Below are positions 1 to 9,860 of a DNA stretch of 64,000 bases, piece by piece; position 1 is the first letter of the stretch; every line of letters begins with the position of its first letter. The stretch comes from Tubiluchus corallicola (lineage: Eukaryota > Animalia > Priapulida): assembly GCA_030141605.1 (NCBI GenBank), contig JAQGDQ010000365.1, positions 106,643-170,642 of the forward strand, written 5' to 3'. The notes under the pieces were generated by a model. The model had not been told where the DNA came from and made no database searches. It saw only the letters and a program-made list of their open reading frames with translations. The position numbers were made by a program, and so were the translations under genes.

Positions 1-1
1 T

Positions 2-1846
2 GTTACAGTAGAGATAGAGCTTAACTCAGAGGCGCTAATCACAGACTTTGGTATTAATGGAGTAAAAAACATAAGTATTGATGACGAAGCGGGCACGATT
101 ACGGGAGAGGTTGAAGTATATGGGACAAACTTAAGTGATATAGCTCCGTCTGTTTTAGAGATCTCTGGGGGAGCTAGCGTGAGTCCATTAGAAGCTGATT
201 TGCAGGACTTTGCATCTGATGTGGATTACATTGTAACATCACAAGACGGAGATAACTCAAAAACATATACAGTTACAATAACCAACCGACCAACACTTAA
301 AGCAGTTAGCTACAACAATGAAAACAGAGTGGGCGCTGGTGATTTCGAAAAGACTAATCTTTTTGAGATAAGCAACCTGATAGATGGAGCTTGGAGCTAC
401 GGCTTGTCCATAGAGGGAAATACAGAAATCACAGGAACGGTTACAGTAACAGGAGGTGAAGGAGTAATCAATAACACTATGGCTTTAGATGACTGGAAGG
501 GTATAGGTAGCGACAAAAACCTGTCTATAGAGTTAAGGCTTTATACAGCAGGAGTGGCAGAGCGAAGTGCTACTCATACCAACATTTCCAAGGAGCAGTA
601 CATGATAAAAACATGGCAGGACTTGCAGGGGATGAAGTATGATTTAGTCGGCGACTACACAGTGGAAAATGATATAACCTTCCCTGCCCCCTCTCAAACA
701 GGAGGCACTTTCCCGGATGCTCTTCCTGAAACAGGCTTTGACCCTGTGGGGAATAATTCCGCGTTTAAAGGCTCATTTGATGGACAGAACAATGTGATAA
801 GCAAATTATATATAAAGAGAACGTCTGGTAATAATACAGGTCTGTTTGGCTATGCTTCGGAAGCAACCATTGAGAATGTGGGGATAGTTGAGCCCTTTGT
901 AGATGCGAAAGGAGAGAACGTCGGTAGTCTGGTGGGGTATACTAGTGGCACTGCTGACACCAATTCTAATATTAGCAACAGTTACGTTACGGATGGTAGT
1001 ATTAAAAGTACTTCTAATTATGTTGGTGGCCTGGTGGGGCGTGTGCGTAATAGCGTTATTATTACCTCGAGTTATGCTACGAATAATAGCGTGACTGGAT
1101 CAAACTTTACTGGTGGCTTGGTGGGGAGTACGAACTATTATTCGCCTACGACTTCTAGCATTATCACTTCGAGTTATGCTACGGATAATAATGTGGTGTC
1201 GTCAGGGACTGCTATCGGCGGCCTGGTGGGGTATGCGCGTGACATTACTATTACTTCGAGTTATGCTACGAATAGTTTTACGACAACTGGTACTGCTATT
1301 GGTGGCCTGGTGGGGAATTTAGGTACTACTACAGGTAAGACTTCTATTATTGACAGATGTTACGTTACAGGCAGTGTAGAAGGCAGCAAGCATATTGGTG
1401 GCCTGGTGGGGTGGCATTCAGGGAATTCTACTATTAAAGACAGCTATGCTACAGCCAGTGTAGAAGGAGATGATAATGTCGGCGGCTTGGTGGGGCACTT
1501 TAGACCTAATGTTCCTATTGAAAACTGCTATGCTACGGGCAGAGTATATGGAACGGGTAATGTCGGCGGCTTGATAGGGTTTGATGGTATTGGAACTACT
1601 CCTGCCAGTTACTGCTACTGGGATAAGGCCAGTACGGAGCAAGATACTTCTGCTGGAACTGAAGAGATGGGTGTTTCTTCAGGAGTTCACCTGGTGAAAG
1701 ATGGAGATGGATATATAGATGAAGAGGAAGATGGCAATGGTACTGAAAGAGTTTTTGAAGGTTGGTCTATTAGTGACGGTGGCACTGAAACTTGGCAATG
1801 GCGGGGTAATGGTCAATGGCCTGTTCTCACTTGGCAGAATAACTAA
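2..1846 (+). CDS. 5'-partial GLUG-repeat surface protein (tandem paralog 1 of 2033-5962)
   Basis: Frame is open from position 2 to TAA at 1844-1846. Repeated GGLVG...SYAT motifs and FKGSFDG motif. Near-identical to 4117-5962. Confidence 0.85.
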   Translation, partial: VTVEIELNSEALITDFGINGVKNISIDDEAGTITGEVEVYGTNLSDIAPSVLEISGGASVSPLEADLQDFASDVDYIVTSQDGDNSKTYTVTITNRPTLKAVSYNNENRVGAGDFEKTNLFEISNLIDGAWSYGLSIEGNTEITGTVTVTGGEGVINNTMALDDWKGIGSDKNLSIELRLYTAGVAERSATHTNISKEQYMIKTWQDLQGMKYDLVGDYTVENDITFPAPSQTGGTFPDALPETGFDPVGNNSAFKGSFDGQNNVISKLYIKRTSGNNTGLFGYASEATIENVGIVEPFVDAKGENVGSLVGYTSGTADTNSNISNSYVTDGSIKSTSNYVGGLVGRVRNSVIITSSYATNNSVTGSNFTGGLVGSTNYYSPTTSSIITSSYATDNNVVSSGTAIGGLVGYARDITITSSYATNSFTTTGTAIGGLVGNLGTTTGKTSIIDRCYVTGSVEGSKHIGGLVGWHSGNSTIKDSYATASVEGDDNVGGLVGHFRPNVPIENCYATGRVYGTGNVGGLIGFDGIGTTPASYCYWDKASTEQDTSAGTEEMGVSSGVHLVKDGDGYIDEEEDGNGTERVFEGWSISDGGTETWQWRGNGQWPVLTWQNN

Positions 1847-1888
1847 AAACAGGATTTAAAAGAGGCAAAAGGATTGCTAATAATATCT

Positions 1889-1923
1889 AAAACCGTGCTA
1901 CACACAAAAGCACGGTTTTTTTT
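1889..1923 (+). terminator. Intrinsic terminator
   Basis: aaaaccgtgct-N9-agcacggtttt stem followed by T-run, just after the stop codon. Confidence 0.8.
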
Positions 1924-2032
1924 ATATTTCTTACACAAGAAATTGCTTGCTTGCTTTTTTTTTCTTAAATTAAATAATAAATGACATAAATAGGTGTTTA
2001 ATCCAAAGTGTAGCATAAAAAATATTAAAGTT

Positions 2033-5000
2033 ATGATAACAGCATTATTAAAATCTACTGCAGTAGTGTTACTACTCTCATTCTTTACTTTTGTATTGGG
2101 ATGTAAAAAAGATGAGGAAGTACTTCCTCGCTCAGGTGAAAACGCGATCGCACGCTTTGACTTTGAGTACGGTAAAAACCCATCATTAAGCTTAACAGTT
2201 GTCGGAGTTATTTCAGGCACTGACATTACCTTGGATGTTCCATTTGATGCAGATATAGACTCATTAGTTCCCACCATAGAGATATCTGATAATGCCACTG
2301 TTGATCCGGTAAGTGGATTTGCTGTGGACTTTTCCGATAACACACTTGTTACATACACTGTGACAGCGGAAAATGGTGACCAGCGGGTCTATAGCGTAGT
2401 AGTTAGGCCCACTTCAAGTGATGAAAATGCGATTACGCGCTTTGACTTTGAGGCTGGAGAGAATCCGTCATTAATCGCAACTATTGTTGGAGATATATCA
2501 GGGACTGACATTACCTTGGATGTTCCATTTGATGCAGATATAGACTCATTAGTTCCCACCATAGAGATATCTGATAATGCCACTGTTGATCCGGTAAGTG
2601 GATTTGCTGTGGACTTTTCCGATAGCGCAACAACACCTGTTGCATACACAGTAGAAGCGGAAAATGGTGACCAGCGGGTCTATAGCGTAGTAGTTAGGCC
2701 CACTTCAAGTGATGAAAACGTGATTACGCGCTTTGACTTTGAGGCTGGAGAGAATCCGTCATTAATCACAACTATTGTTGGAGATATATCAGGGACTGAC
2801 ATTACCTTGGATGTTCCATTTGATGCAGATATAGACTCATTAGTTCCCACCATAGAGATATCTGATAATGCCACTGTTGATCCGGTAAGTGGATTTGCTG
2901 TGGACTTTTCCGATAGCGCAACAACACCTGTTGCATACACAGTAGAAGCGGAAAATGGTGACCAGCAGGTCTATAGTGTAGTAGTTAGGGCCGCTTTAGA
3001 TGATGAAAATGCGATTACGCGCTTTGACTTTGAGGCTGGAGAGAATCCGTCATTAATCACAACTATTGTTGGAGATATATCAGGGACTGACATTACCTTG
3101 GATGTTCCATTTGATGCAGATATAGACTCATTAGTTCCCACCATAGAGATATCTGATAATGCCACTGTTGATCCGGTAAGTGGATTTGCTGTGGACTTTT
3201 CCGATAGCGCAACAACACCTGTTGCATACACAGTAGAAGCGGAAAATGGTGACCAGCAGGTCTACAGTGTAGTAGTTAGGGCCGCTTTAGATGATGAAAA
3301 TGCGATTACGCGCTTTGACTTTGAGGCTGGAGAGAATCCGTCATTAATCACAACTATTGTTGGAGATATATCAGGGACTGACATTACCTTGGATGTTCCA
3401 TTTGATGCAGATATAGACTCATTAGTTCCCACCATAGAGATATCTGATAATGCCACTGTTGATCCGGTAAGTGGATTTGCTGTGGACTTTTCCGATAGCG
3501 CAACAACACCTGTTGCATACACAGTAGAAGCGGAAAATGGAGATACACAGGACTATACTGTAACAGTTATTGAAGATGAAAACACTGAGAAAAAGATTGA
3601 AAGTTTCGATTTTCTCGATGCAAACAATCCATTCCCAGATGTATTCGGTGTTGTAAATGAAGCTGCTAAAACAGTATCACTTACTGTACCTTACGGAACA
3701 AATGTAACGGCACTTATTCCAACTATTGTTATTTCGGACAATGCATCTGTTTCTCCTGGGAACGAGGAGCAAGTGAACTTTACAAACAATGTGGTGTACA
3801 CTGTTACTGCCCAAAATGGAGATACACAGCAATATACTGTAACAGTTATTGAAGATGAAAGCACTGAGAAAGAGATTAAAAGTTTCGATTTTCTCGATGC
3901 AAACAATCCATTCCCAGATGTATTCGGTGTTGTAAATGAAACTGATAAAACGGTATCACTTACTGTACCTTACGGAACAGATGTAACGGCACTTATTCCA
4001 ACTATTGTTATTTCGGACAATGCATCTGTTTCTCCTGGGAACGAGGAGCAAGTGAACTTTACAAACAATGTGGTGTACACTGTTACTGCCCAAAATGGAG
4101 ATACACAGGACTATACTGTTACAGTAGAGATAGAGCTTAACTCAGAGGCGCTAATCACAGACTTTGGTATTAATGGAGTAAAAAACATAAGTATTGATGA
4201 CGAAGCGGGCACGATTACGGGAGAGGTTGAAGTATATGGGACAAACTTAAGTGATATAGCTCCGTCTGTTTTAGAGATCTCTGGGGGAGCTAGCGTGAGT
4301 CCATTAGAAGCTGATTTGCAGGACTTTGCATCTGATGTGGATTACATTGTAACATCACAAGACGGAGATAACTCAAAAACATATACAGTTACAATAACCA
4401 ACCGACCAACACTTAAAGCAGTTAGCTACAACAATGAAAACAGAGTGGGCGCTGGTGATTTCGAAAAGACTAATCTTTTTGAGATAAGCAACCTGATAGA
4501 TGGAGCTTGGAGCTACGGCTTGTCCATAGAGGGAAATACAGAAATCACAGGAACGGTTACAGTAACAGGAGGTGAAGGAGTAATCAATAACACTATGGCT
4601 TTAGATGACTGGAAGGGTATAGGTAGCGACAAAAACCTGTCTATAGAGTTAAGGCTTTCTACAGCAGGAGTGGCAGAGCGAAGTGCTACTCATACCAACA
4701 TTTCCAAGGAGCAGTACATGATAAAAACATGGCAGGACTTGCAGGGGATGAAGTATGATTTAGTCGGCGACTACACAGTGGAAAATGATATAACCTTCCC
4801 TGCCCCCTCTCAAACAGGAGGCACTTTCCCGGATGCTCTTCCTGAAACAGGCTTTGACCCTGTGGGGAATAATTCCGCGTTTAAAGGCTCATTTGATGGA
4901 CAGAACAATGTGATAAGCAAATTATATATAAAGAGAACGTCTGGTAATAATACAGGTCTGTTTGGCTATGCTTCGGAAGCAACCATTGAGAATGTGGGGA

Positions 5001-5962
5001 TAGTTGAGCCCTTTGTAGATGCGAAAGGAGAGAACGTCGGTAGTCTGGTGGGGTATACTAGTGGCACTGCTGACACCAATTCTAATATTAGCAACAGTTA
5101 CGTTACGGATGGTAGTATTAAAAGTACTTCTAATTATGTTGGTGGCCTGGTGGGGCGTGTGCGTAATAGCGTTATTATTACCTCGAGTTATGCTACGAAT
5201 AATAGCGTGACTGGATCAAACTTTACTGGTGGCTTGGTGGGGAGTACGAACTATTATTCGCCTACGACTTCTAGCATTATCACTTCGAGTTATGCTACGG
5301 ATAATAATGTGGTGTCGTCAGTGTCTGCTATCGGCGGCCTGGTGGGGTATGCGCGTGACATTACTATTACTTCGAGTTATGCTACGAATAGTTTTACGAC
5401 AACTGGTACTGCTATTGGTGGCCTGGTGGGGAATTTAGGTACTACTACAGGTAAGACTTCTATTATTGACAGATGTTACGTTACAGGCAGTGTAGAAGGC
5501 AGCAAGTATATTGGTGGCCTGGTGGGGTGGCATTCAGGGAATTCTACTATTAAAGACAGCTATGCTACAGCCAGTGTAGAAGGAGATGATAATGTCGGCG
5601 GCTTGGTGGGGTGCTTTAGACCTAATGTTCCTATTGAAAACTGCTATGCTACGGGCAGAGTATATGGAACGGGTAATGTCGGCGGCTTGATAGGGTTTGA
5701 TGGTATTGGAACTACTCCTACCAGTTACTGCTACTGGGATAAGGCCAGTACGGAGCAAGATACTTCTGCTGGAACTGAAGAGATGGGTGTTTCTTCAGGA
5801 GTTCACCTGGTGAAAGATGGAGATGGATATATAGATGAAGAGGAAGATGGCAATGGTACTGAAAGAGTTTTTGAAGGTTGGTCTATTAGTGACGGTGGCA
5901 CTGAAACTTGGCAATGGCGGGGTAATGGTCAATGGCCTGTTCTCACTTGGCAGAACAACTAA
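2033..5962 (+). CDS. Large surface lipoprotein/adhesin: tandem DUF5018/cadherin-like Ig stalk repeats plus GLUG-repeat head
   Basis: Likely ATG at 2033 (track starts at GTG 1994). Lipobox VLG-C followed by KKDEE, resembling the Bacteroidota lipoprotein export signal. Repeats ending YTVxAENG. C-terminal GGLVG repeats. Confidence 0.85.
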   Translation: MITALLKSTAVVLLLSFFTFVLGCKKDEEVLPRSGENAIARFDFEYGKNPSLSLTVVGVISGTDITLDVPFDADIDSLVPTIEISDNATVDPVSGFAVDFSDNTLVTYTVTAENGDQRVYSVVVRPTSSDENAITRFDFEAGENPSLIATIVGDISGTDITLDVPFDADIDSLVPTIEISDNATVDPVSGFAVDFSDSATTPVAYTVEAENGDQRVYSVVVRPTSSDENVITRFDFEAGENPSLITTIVGDISGTDITLDVPFDADIDSLVPTIEISDNATVDPVSGFAVDFSDSATTPVAYTVEAENGDQQVYSVVVRAALDDENAITRFDFEAGENPSLITTIVGDISGTDITLDVPFDADIDSLVPTIEISDNATVDPVSGFAVDFSDSATTPVAYTVEAENGDQQVYSVVVRAALDDENAITRFDFEAGENPSLITTIVGDISGTDITLDVPFDADIDSLVPTIEISDNATVDPVSGFAVDFSDSATTPVAYTVEAENGDTQDYTVTVIEDENTEKKIESFDFLDANNPFPDVFGVVNEAAKTVSLTVPYGTNVTALIPTIVISDNASVSPGNEEQVNFTNNVVYTVTAQNGDTQQYTVTVIEDESTEKEIKSFDFLDANNPFPDVFGVVNETDKTVSLTVPYGTDVTALIPTIVISDNASVSPGNEEQVNFTNNVVYTVTAQNGDTQDYTVTVEIELNSEALITDFGINGVKNISIDDEAGTITGEVEVYGTNLSDIAPSVLEISGGASVSPLEADLQDFASDVDYIVTSQDGDNSKTYTVTITNRPTLKAVSYNNENRVGAGDFEKTNLFEISNLIDGAWSYGLSIEGNTEITGTVTVTGGEGVINNTMALDDWKGIGSDKNLSIELRLSTAGVAERSATHTNISKEQYMIKTWQDLQGMKYDLVGDYTVENDITFPAPSQTGGTFPDALPETGFDPVGNNSAFKGSFDGQNNVISKLYIKRTSGNNTGLFGYASEATIENVGIVEPFVDAKGENVGSLVGYTSGTADTNSNISNSYVTDGSIKSTSNYVGGLVGRVRNSVIITSSYATNNSVTGSNFTGGLVGSTNYYSPTTSSIITSSYATDNNVVSSVSAIGGLVGYARDITITSSYATNSFTTTGTAIGGLVGNLGTTTGKTSIIDRCYVTGSVEGSKYIGGLVGWHSGNSTIKDSYATASVEGDDNVGGLVGCFRPNVPIENCYATGRVYGTGNVGGLIGFDGIGTTPTSYCYWDKASTEQDTSAGTEEMGVSSGVHLVKDGDGYIDEEEDGNGTERVFEGWSISDGGTETWQWRGNGQWPVLTWQNN
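2137..3560 (+). repeat. Five tandem ~291-bp (97-aa) intragenic repeats
   Basis: Near-identical units. The 291-bp period is also visible in the antisense ORFs at 2389/2680/2971/3262. The first unit is slightly shorter. Confidence 0.95.
3535..4120 (+). repeat. Two tandem 279-bp (93-aa) intragenic repeats
   Basis: aaatggagatacacag recurs at 3535, 3814 and 4093, with near-identical sequence between. Confidence 0.95.
4117..5962 (+). repeat. Direct repeat of 1-1846 (offset 4116)
   Basis: Manual base-by-base comparison found 8 substitutions and no indels. Confidence 0.95.
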
Positions 5963-5997
5963 GAAAAGAGGAAGGAGTATATTTGCTTAATAATATT

Positions 5998-6037
5998 AAA
6001 AACCCGTGCTTACTGAAAAAGCACGGGTTTTTTTTTT
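5998..6037 (+). terminator. Intrinsic terminator
   Basis: aaaaacccgtgctt...aagcacgggttttt stem plus T-run. Confidence 0.8.
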
Positions 6038-6235
6038 ATCTTTGAAGGCAGCTAAAATTAAGAAAATGGTTAATCCTGGAGTTGTAAATATTACGAATAC
6101 AACTAAAAAATTTGGAAAGAGGTAAACTTGTTATTCAATAAAAATACTCAATCTTACTGTAGTTTGGCTCCGCCGGAAAAGGTATAATTGGAGTTGTCCG
6201 CAGGGAATGATATCATACAATAAAGTTAAGATTAG

Positions 6236-8683
6236 ATGCGGTTAATCTGCTTCAATATTGGTATATTCACTCTATTACCTTTTGTTTCACTAAAAGTATT
6301 GTCAGCTTCCGTATCTGCTATATCCGCAGACACGGAGCCCTTGGAGTATCCCTCAAACTTTAGGCTTGCTAAGCAAAGAGGTAACAGTTTCTATATAGCA
6401 TGGGACAATGCAGAAAAAGAGTGTGACGGGTACGTACTAGCTATTTACAAATACTACCTTCCCGTTTTCCAGAACGGGGTACAGCCTGAAGAGGACAGTG
6501 ACTTCAGAGATGATAGCTCTATTTTCTATATTGATGGAAGCATCTCCTCTTTTCGGTTTACTATACCGGAATATGAAACAGCATGGAGCTGTGCGCTTAT
6601 CCCATTTAATGGGCGTGGGGGAACCATAAAGTACAAAATGGATGGTTCTATCCCCCGGCTGGTACTTTACACTCCGCTGAATAACCTCCCTAATGCGTGG
6701 ATTAATGAGCTTCATTATGATAATCATGGTACAGATATTGGTGAAGCAGTTGAAATTGTAATTGAGAATAGCAGTCAATACAATACAGAGGACTTTCGCC
6801 TCTACCTTTATAACGGTAGCAGTGGAGAGCTTCAAAGTTCCGGCACAAAGGTTCTCTCGCAGGATCCTGTAAGCTCATTAAGTCAGTATGATTTTTTCAC
6901 TATAACTGTCAAGAACATACAAAATGGGCCGGAAGCTCTGGCGCTTGCATATAAATCGGAAGTGATACAGTTTATAAGCTATGAAGGGGTTTTTATAGCA
7001 ACTACAGGAGTTGCAAAGGATATGATCTCTACTGATATAGGGAAGGAAGAGCTTCCATCGACTTCTCCGGGTCATTCATTGCAACTATCAGGAACAGGCT
7101 CAACATATTATGATTTTGTGTGGAACGATCCTTTTGTATCTTCATTCGGGACGATAAATGCTGGACAAACTTTAACAGCATCCACCGATAATAAAACAGA
7201 GTGGACCGGGGCTGTTTCCGGTGACTGGAACGATGCCGCCAACTGGAGCAATGGTGTTCCGGATACTAACAGTAGCGTAGTTATACCGGCGGGGCGGTTA
7301 CACTATCCCAGGCTTACGTCTCCTGCTCCGTGTAAAACATTATACTTGGAGTCTGATGCCTTTCTGCTGGGTCAGGAGTTTCTTCCCGATGAGGTAGTTG
7401 TCTACTTAAGTCGAGAGTTAACTGCGGGTAAGTGGCTCTACTTGACATCCCCTGTAATTGGCATGCCACTATCTGCATTTCAGCCGGAATCGGGGATTGC
7501 CTATCTGACTGATTATGACAATTCAAAAACCACAGAAGAGGGCCCGTGGAGTCATATAAAGGATCAGTCACTGGCAATGGAGCCGGCAAAAGGATATGGT
7601 TTTTACAGCACGAGAGAAAGCGTTGTCCTGAGATTCAATGGTAAACCCATAAAAAAATCTGTAACTCGTAATTTGAAATATAGTGAAGGTGGCAATAACT
7701 GGAACTTTATTGGCAACCCGTATATGGCACCTGTTAAATGGAGTATGCAAGCTATGGATGGCACTACAAAATCGGCTTATATGTTTGATCCTAGTAATAA
7801 GACATATATAACCATTGATAGTAAAGGGAAGATTAACGGTGGCAATAAAGATGCTTATATCCCTTCAATGCAGGGATTTTTTATTGAGTCAACTTATGCT
7901 GCAAATATCACCCTTGATATTGCCACCACTGCTAATTCAAGAGATACCTTTCTAAAATCGGATGATATGCCTGGAGAGTTTATCCAACTGAAGATATCAG
8001 GGGTAAATGGTTCAGATATTGTGACGGTAAAGTTTGGGGAGAAGAATAGCAATCACTTTGATCAGATGGAGGACTCAAGAAAAATGTTACATCATGATAT
8101 CGGAGTACCTCAAATATATTTTGAGGTGGAGCAGGAGAGAGTTGCAGTACTACAACTCAAAGATTATCCTGAACTAATACCCGTAAGTATAGATATGCTT
8201 TTATACGAAGAGGCATCCATACAGCCTGTTATATCTGACAACTTTAATAAGCGGGTCAATGTAACCCTCCAGGATGCGGAAAGGGGGGAAGAGATAGACT
8301 TAAAAGAGCAAAGCAGTATCGAAGTGATACTGAAGCAAGAGTTTACAAAAGGGCGTTTCTCTCTTCATTTCAAGATGATAAACGATGAAAATGGAGCGGG
8401 AAATAGCGATAGTATAAATACCCCGGAGGCTCCTGTTACTCCTGATAATATGAGCGAGAGTGACACTAATATATTTGGATCGGACGGGGAGGTTTGTATT
8501 ATTTCGGAAGGTCTGCTTTATGGCAAATTTACAGTATTCAATATTGCCGGATATAAGGTTTTCAGCACAGATTTAAATGGTACGCCTACCTATTCAGTCC
8601 GCCTTCCTGAAGGCATATTTATAGTGAGATGGGCAAGTAGTAAAAAAGAGAAAGAAAAAACAGTGAAAGTAAGAGTTGACTGA
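6236..8683 (+). CDS. Secreted multidomain protein with lamin-tail-like domain and probable T9SS C-terminal sorting domain
   Basis: N-terminal signal-like segment. WINELHYDNHGTD...EI (LTD-like), WTGAVSGDWNDAANWS, WNFIGNPY. C-terminal VFNIAG...LPEGIFIVR...KVRVD. Confidence 0.65.
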   Translation: MRLICFNIGIFTLLPFVSLKVLSASVSAISADTEPLEYPSNFRLAKQRGNSFYIAWDNAEKECDGYVLAIYKYYLPVFQNGVQPEEDSDFRDDSSIFYIDGSISSFRFTIPEYETAWSCALIPFNGRGGTIKYKMDGSIPRLVLYTPLNNLPNAWINELHYDNHGTDIGEAVEIVIENSSQYNTEDFRLYLYNGSSGELQSSGTKVLSQDPVSSLSQYDFFTITVKNIQNGPEALALAYKSEVIQFISYEGVFIATTGVAKDMISTDIGKEELPSTSPGHSLQLSGTGSTYYDFVWNDPFVSSFGTINAGQTLTASTDNKTEWTGAVSGDWNDAANWSNGVPDTNSSVVIPAGRLHYPRLTSPAPCKTLYLESDAFLLGQEFLPDEVVVYLSRELTAGKWLYLTSPVIGMPLSAFQPESGIAYLTDYDNSKTTEEGPWSHIKDQSLAMEPAKGYGFYSTRESVVLRFNGKPIKKSVTRNLKYSEGGNNWNFIGNPYMAPVKWSMQAMDGTTKSAYMFDPSNKTYITIDSKGKINGGNKDAYIPSMQGFFIESTYAANITLDIATTANSRDTFLKSDDMPGEFIQLKISGVNGSDIVTVKFGEKNSNHFDQMEDSRKMLHHDIGVPQIYFEVEQERVAVLQLKDYPELIPVSIDMLLYEEASIQPVISDNFNKRVNVTLQDAERGEEIDLKEQSSIEVILKQEFTKGRFSLHFKMINDENGAGNSDSINTPEAPVTPDNMSESDTNIFGSDGEVCIISEGLLYGKFTVFNIAGYKVFSTDLNGTPTYSVRLPEGIFIVRWASSKKEKEKTVKVRVD

Positions 8684-8700
8684 CCTCTCCGTTTCAAACA

Positions 8701-9648
8701 TTAACGGGGCTGTGCCAGGCGTCCCTGCCATGTATCTATCTTTTCCATCTGTTTTTCAACTTTAGCAGAGAATTCAAAATTTTTTAACCCCCACTTTGGA
8801 GCAAGTAACATTTCAGGAGATGTGGAACTTACAAATCGTTCTACAACAATTTCAGGATTCAGCCTTTCGAGATAGCCAATCACAATATCTATATACTCTT
8901 TTTCCGAAAAAAGGATGAAGTCTTCAGGGGCTTTTGTATACTGCTCAGCCATAGCAGTGCCTTTATGTATCTGTAGTTGATGGAGCTTTATATTTTCTAT
9001 GGGGAGTCGGGAGATAGTCGTAGACTGCTCCATTATATCACTATTGGTTTCGCCGGGTAGGCCAAGTATCACATGGACACAGTTGTGTATGCCAAGTTTT
9101 GAGCATTTCTCAATTGCGCTCACCGACTCTTCCCAGGTATGTCTCCTGTTTAGTCTTGAAAGAGTCTCATTTTTAATGGATTCAACACCAATCTCTACCA
9201 TAATATAGTATTTCCCGGAGAGATGTTTCAGGTAATCCAAAACTTCGGCATTAAGGCAGTCTGGGCGCGTGGCGATAACCAGGCCTCTCACTCCCGGATA
9301 GCTAAGCGCTTCGGTGTATAGCTTTTTTAAAGTTTTCAGTGGAGCATACGTCCCGGAATAAGACTGAAAATATGCAAGAAAGCATCTGGCATTATATCTT
9401 TTTGAAAAAAAGTCTACTCCCTGCTTTATCTGTGTAGTAATACTACTCTCTGCTTTACAGTATGCAGGTTTAAAGGCGGTATTATTGCAGTATGTGCAGC
9501 CTCCTATTCCTTTACTTCCATCGCGATTTGGACAGGTGAACCCGGCATCAATAGAAAGCTTTTGCACTCTTTCGCTAAACTTATCTCTAAAAAAAGTGGA
9601 AAAATCGTTGTATCTTTTATTATGTCTCCACGGATACCTGTTCCCCAT
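8701..9648 (-). CDS. TIGR01212 (YhcC/YtqA) family radical SAM protein
   Basis: KLSIDAGFTCPNRDG...GGCTYC, YFQSY, TRPD, KLHQL motifs. Confidence 0.9.
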   Translation of the reverse strand: MGNRYPWRHNKRYNDFSTFFRDKFSERVQKLSIDAGFTCPNRDGSKGIGGCTYCNNTAFKPAYCKAESSITTQIKQGVDFFSKRYNARCFLAYFQSYSGTYAPLKTLKKLYTEALSYPGVRGLVIATRPDCLNAEVLDYLKHLSGKYYIMVEIGVESIKNETLSRLNRRHTWEESVSAIEKCSKLGIHNCVHVILGLPGETNSDIMEQSTTISRLPIENIKLHQLQIHKGTAMAEQYTKAPEDFILFSEKEYIDIVIGYLERLNPEIVVERFVSSTSPEMLLAPKWGLKNFEFSAKVEKQMEKIDTWQGRLAQPR

Positions 9649-9860
9649 CTGTTTCAATTTGGATTTTTATGTAACAAAAATAGAAAAATGAGGTATTTGC
9701 ATGGCGGAATATCTTGGTTTATATCGAGAAAAAATTTGATGGCAATCAGCAATCCCCTGGCATAAGTAAAATACAGAATGGGCCTTTTTGACGAAAAAGG
9801 GGTAGAAAGGTGAACCTTCCCCAAGGCTCAGGTCACTACCTGCACACTATTGTTGCGTTA

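Noticed and set aside
903-1322. Alternative-frame ORFs (MRKERTSVVWWG..., MAWWG...) and their copies at 5019-5438
   Set aside because: By-products of the lack of third-position A in the GLUG codons. No independent coding signal.
1843-3906. Antisense 71-171 aa ORFs over the stalk repeats
   Set aside because: Shadows of the repeated sense-strand gene.
2137-4120. CRISPR array
   Set aside because: The repeats are 279-291 bp, in-frame and coding, with no unique spacers and no cas genes.
1-6240. Complete DGR cassette
   Set aside because: No reverse transcriptase, Avd or non-coding template repeat is in the window. Neither paralog has A at all variable sites, so neither is the template for the other.
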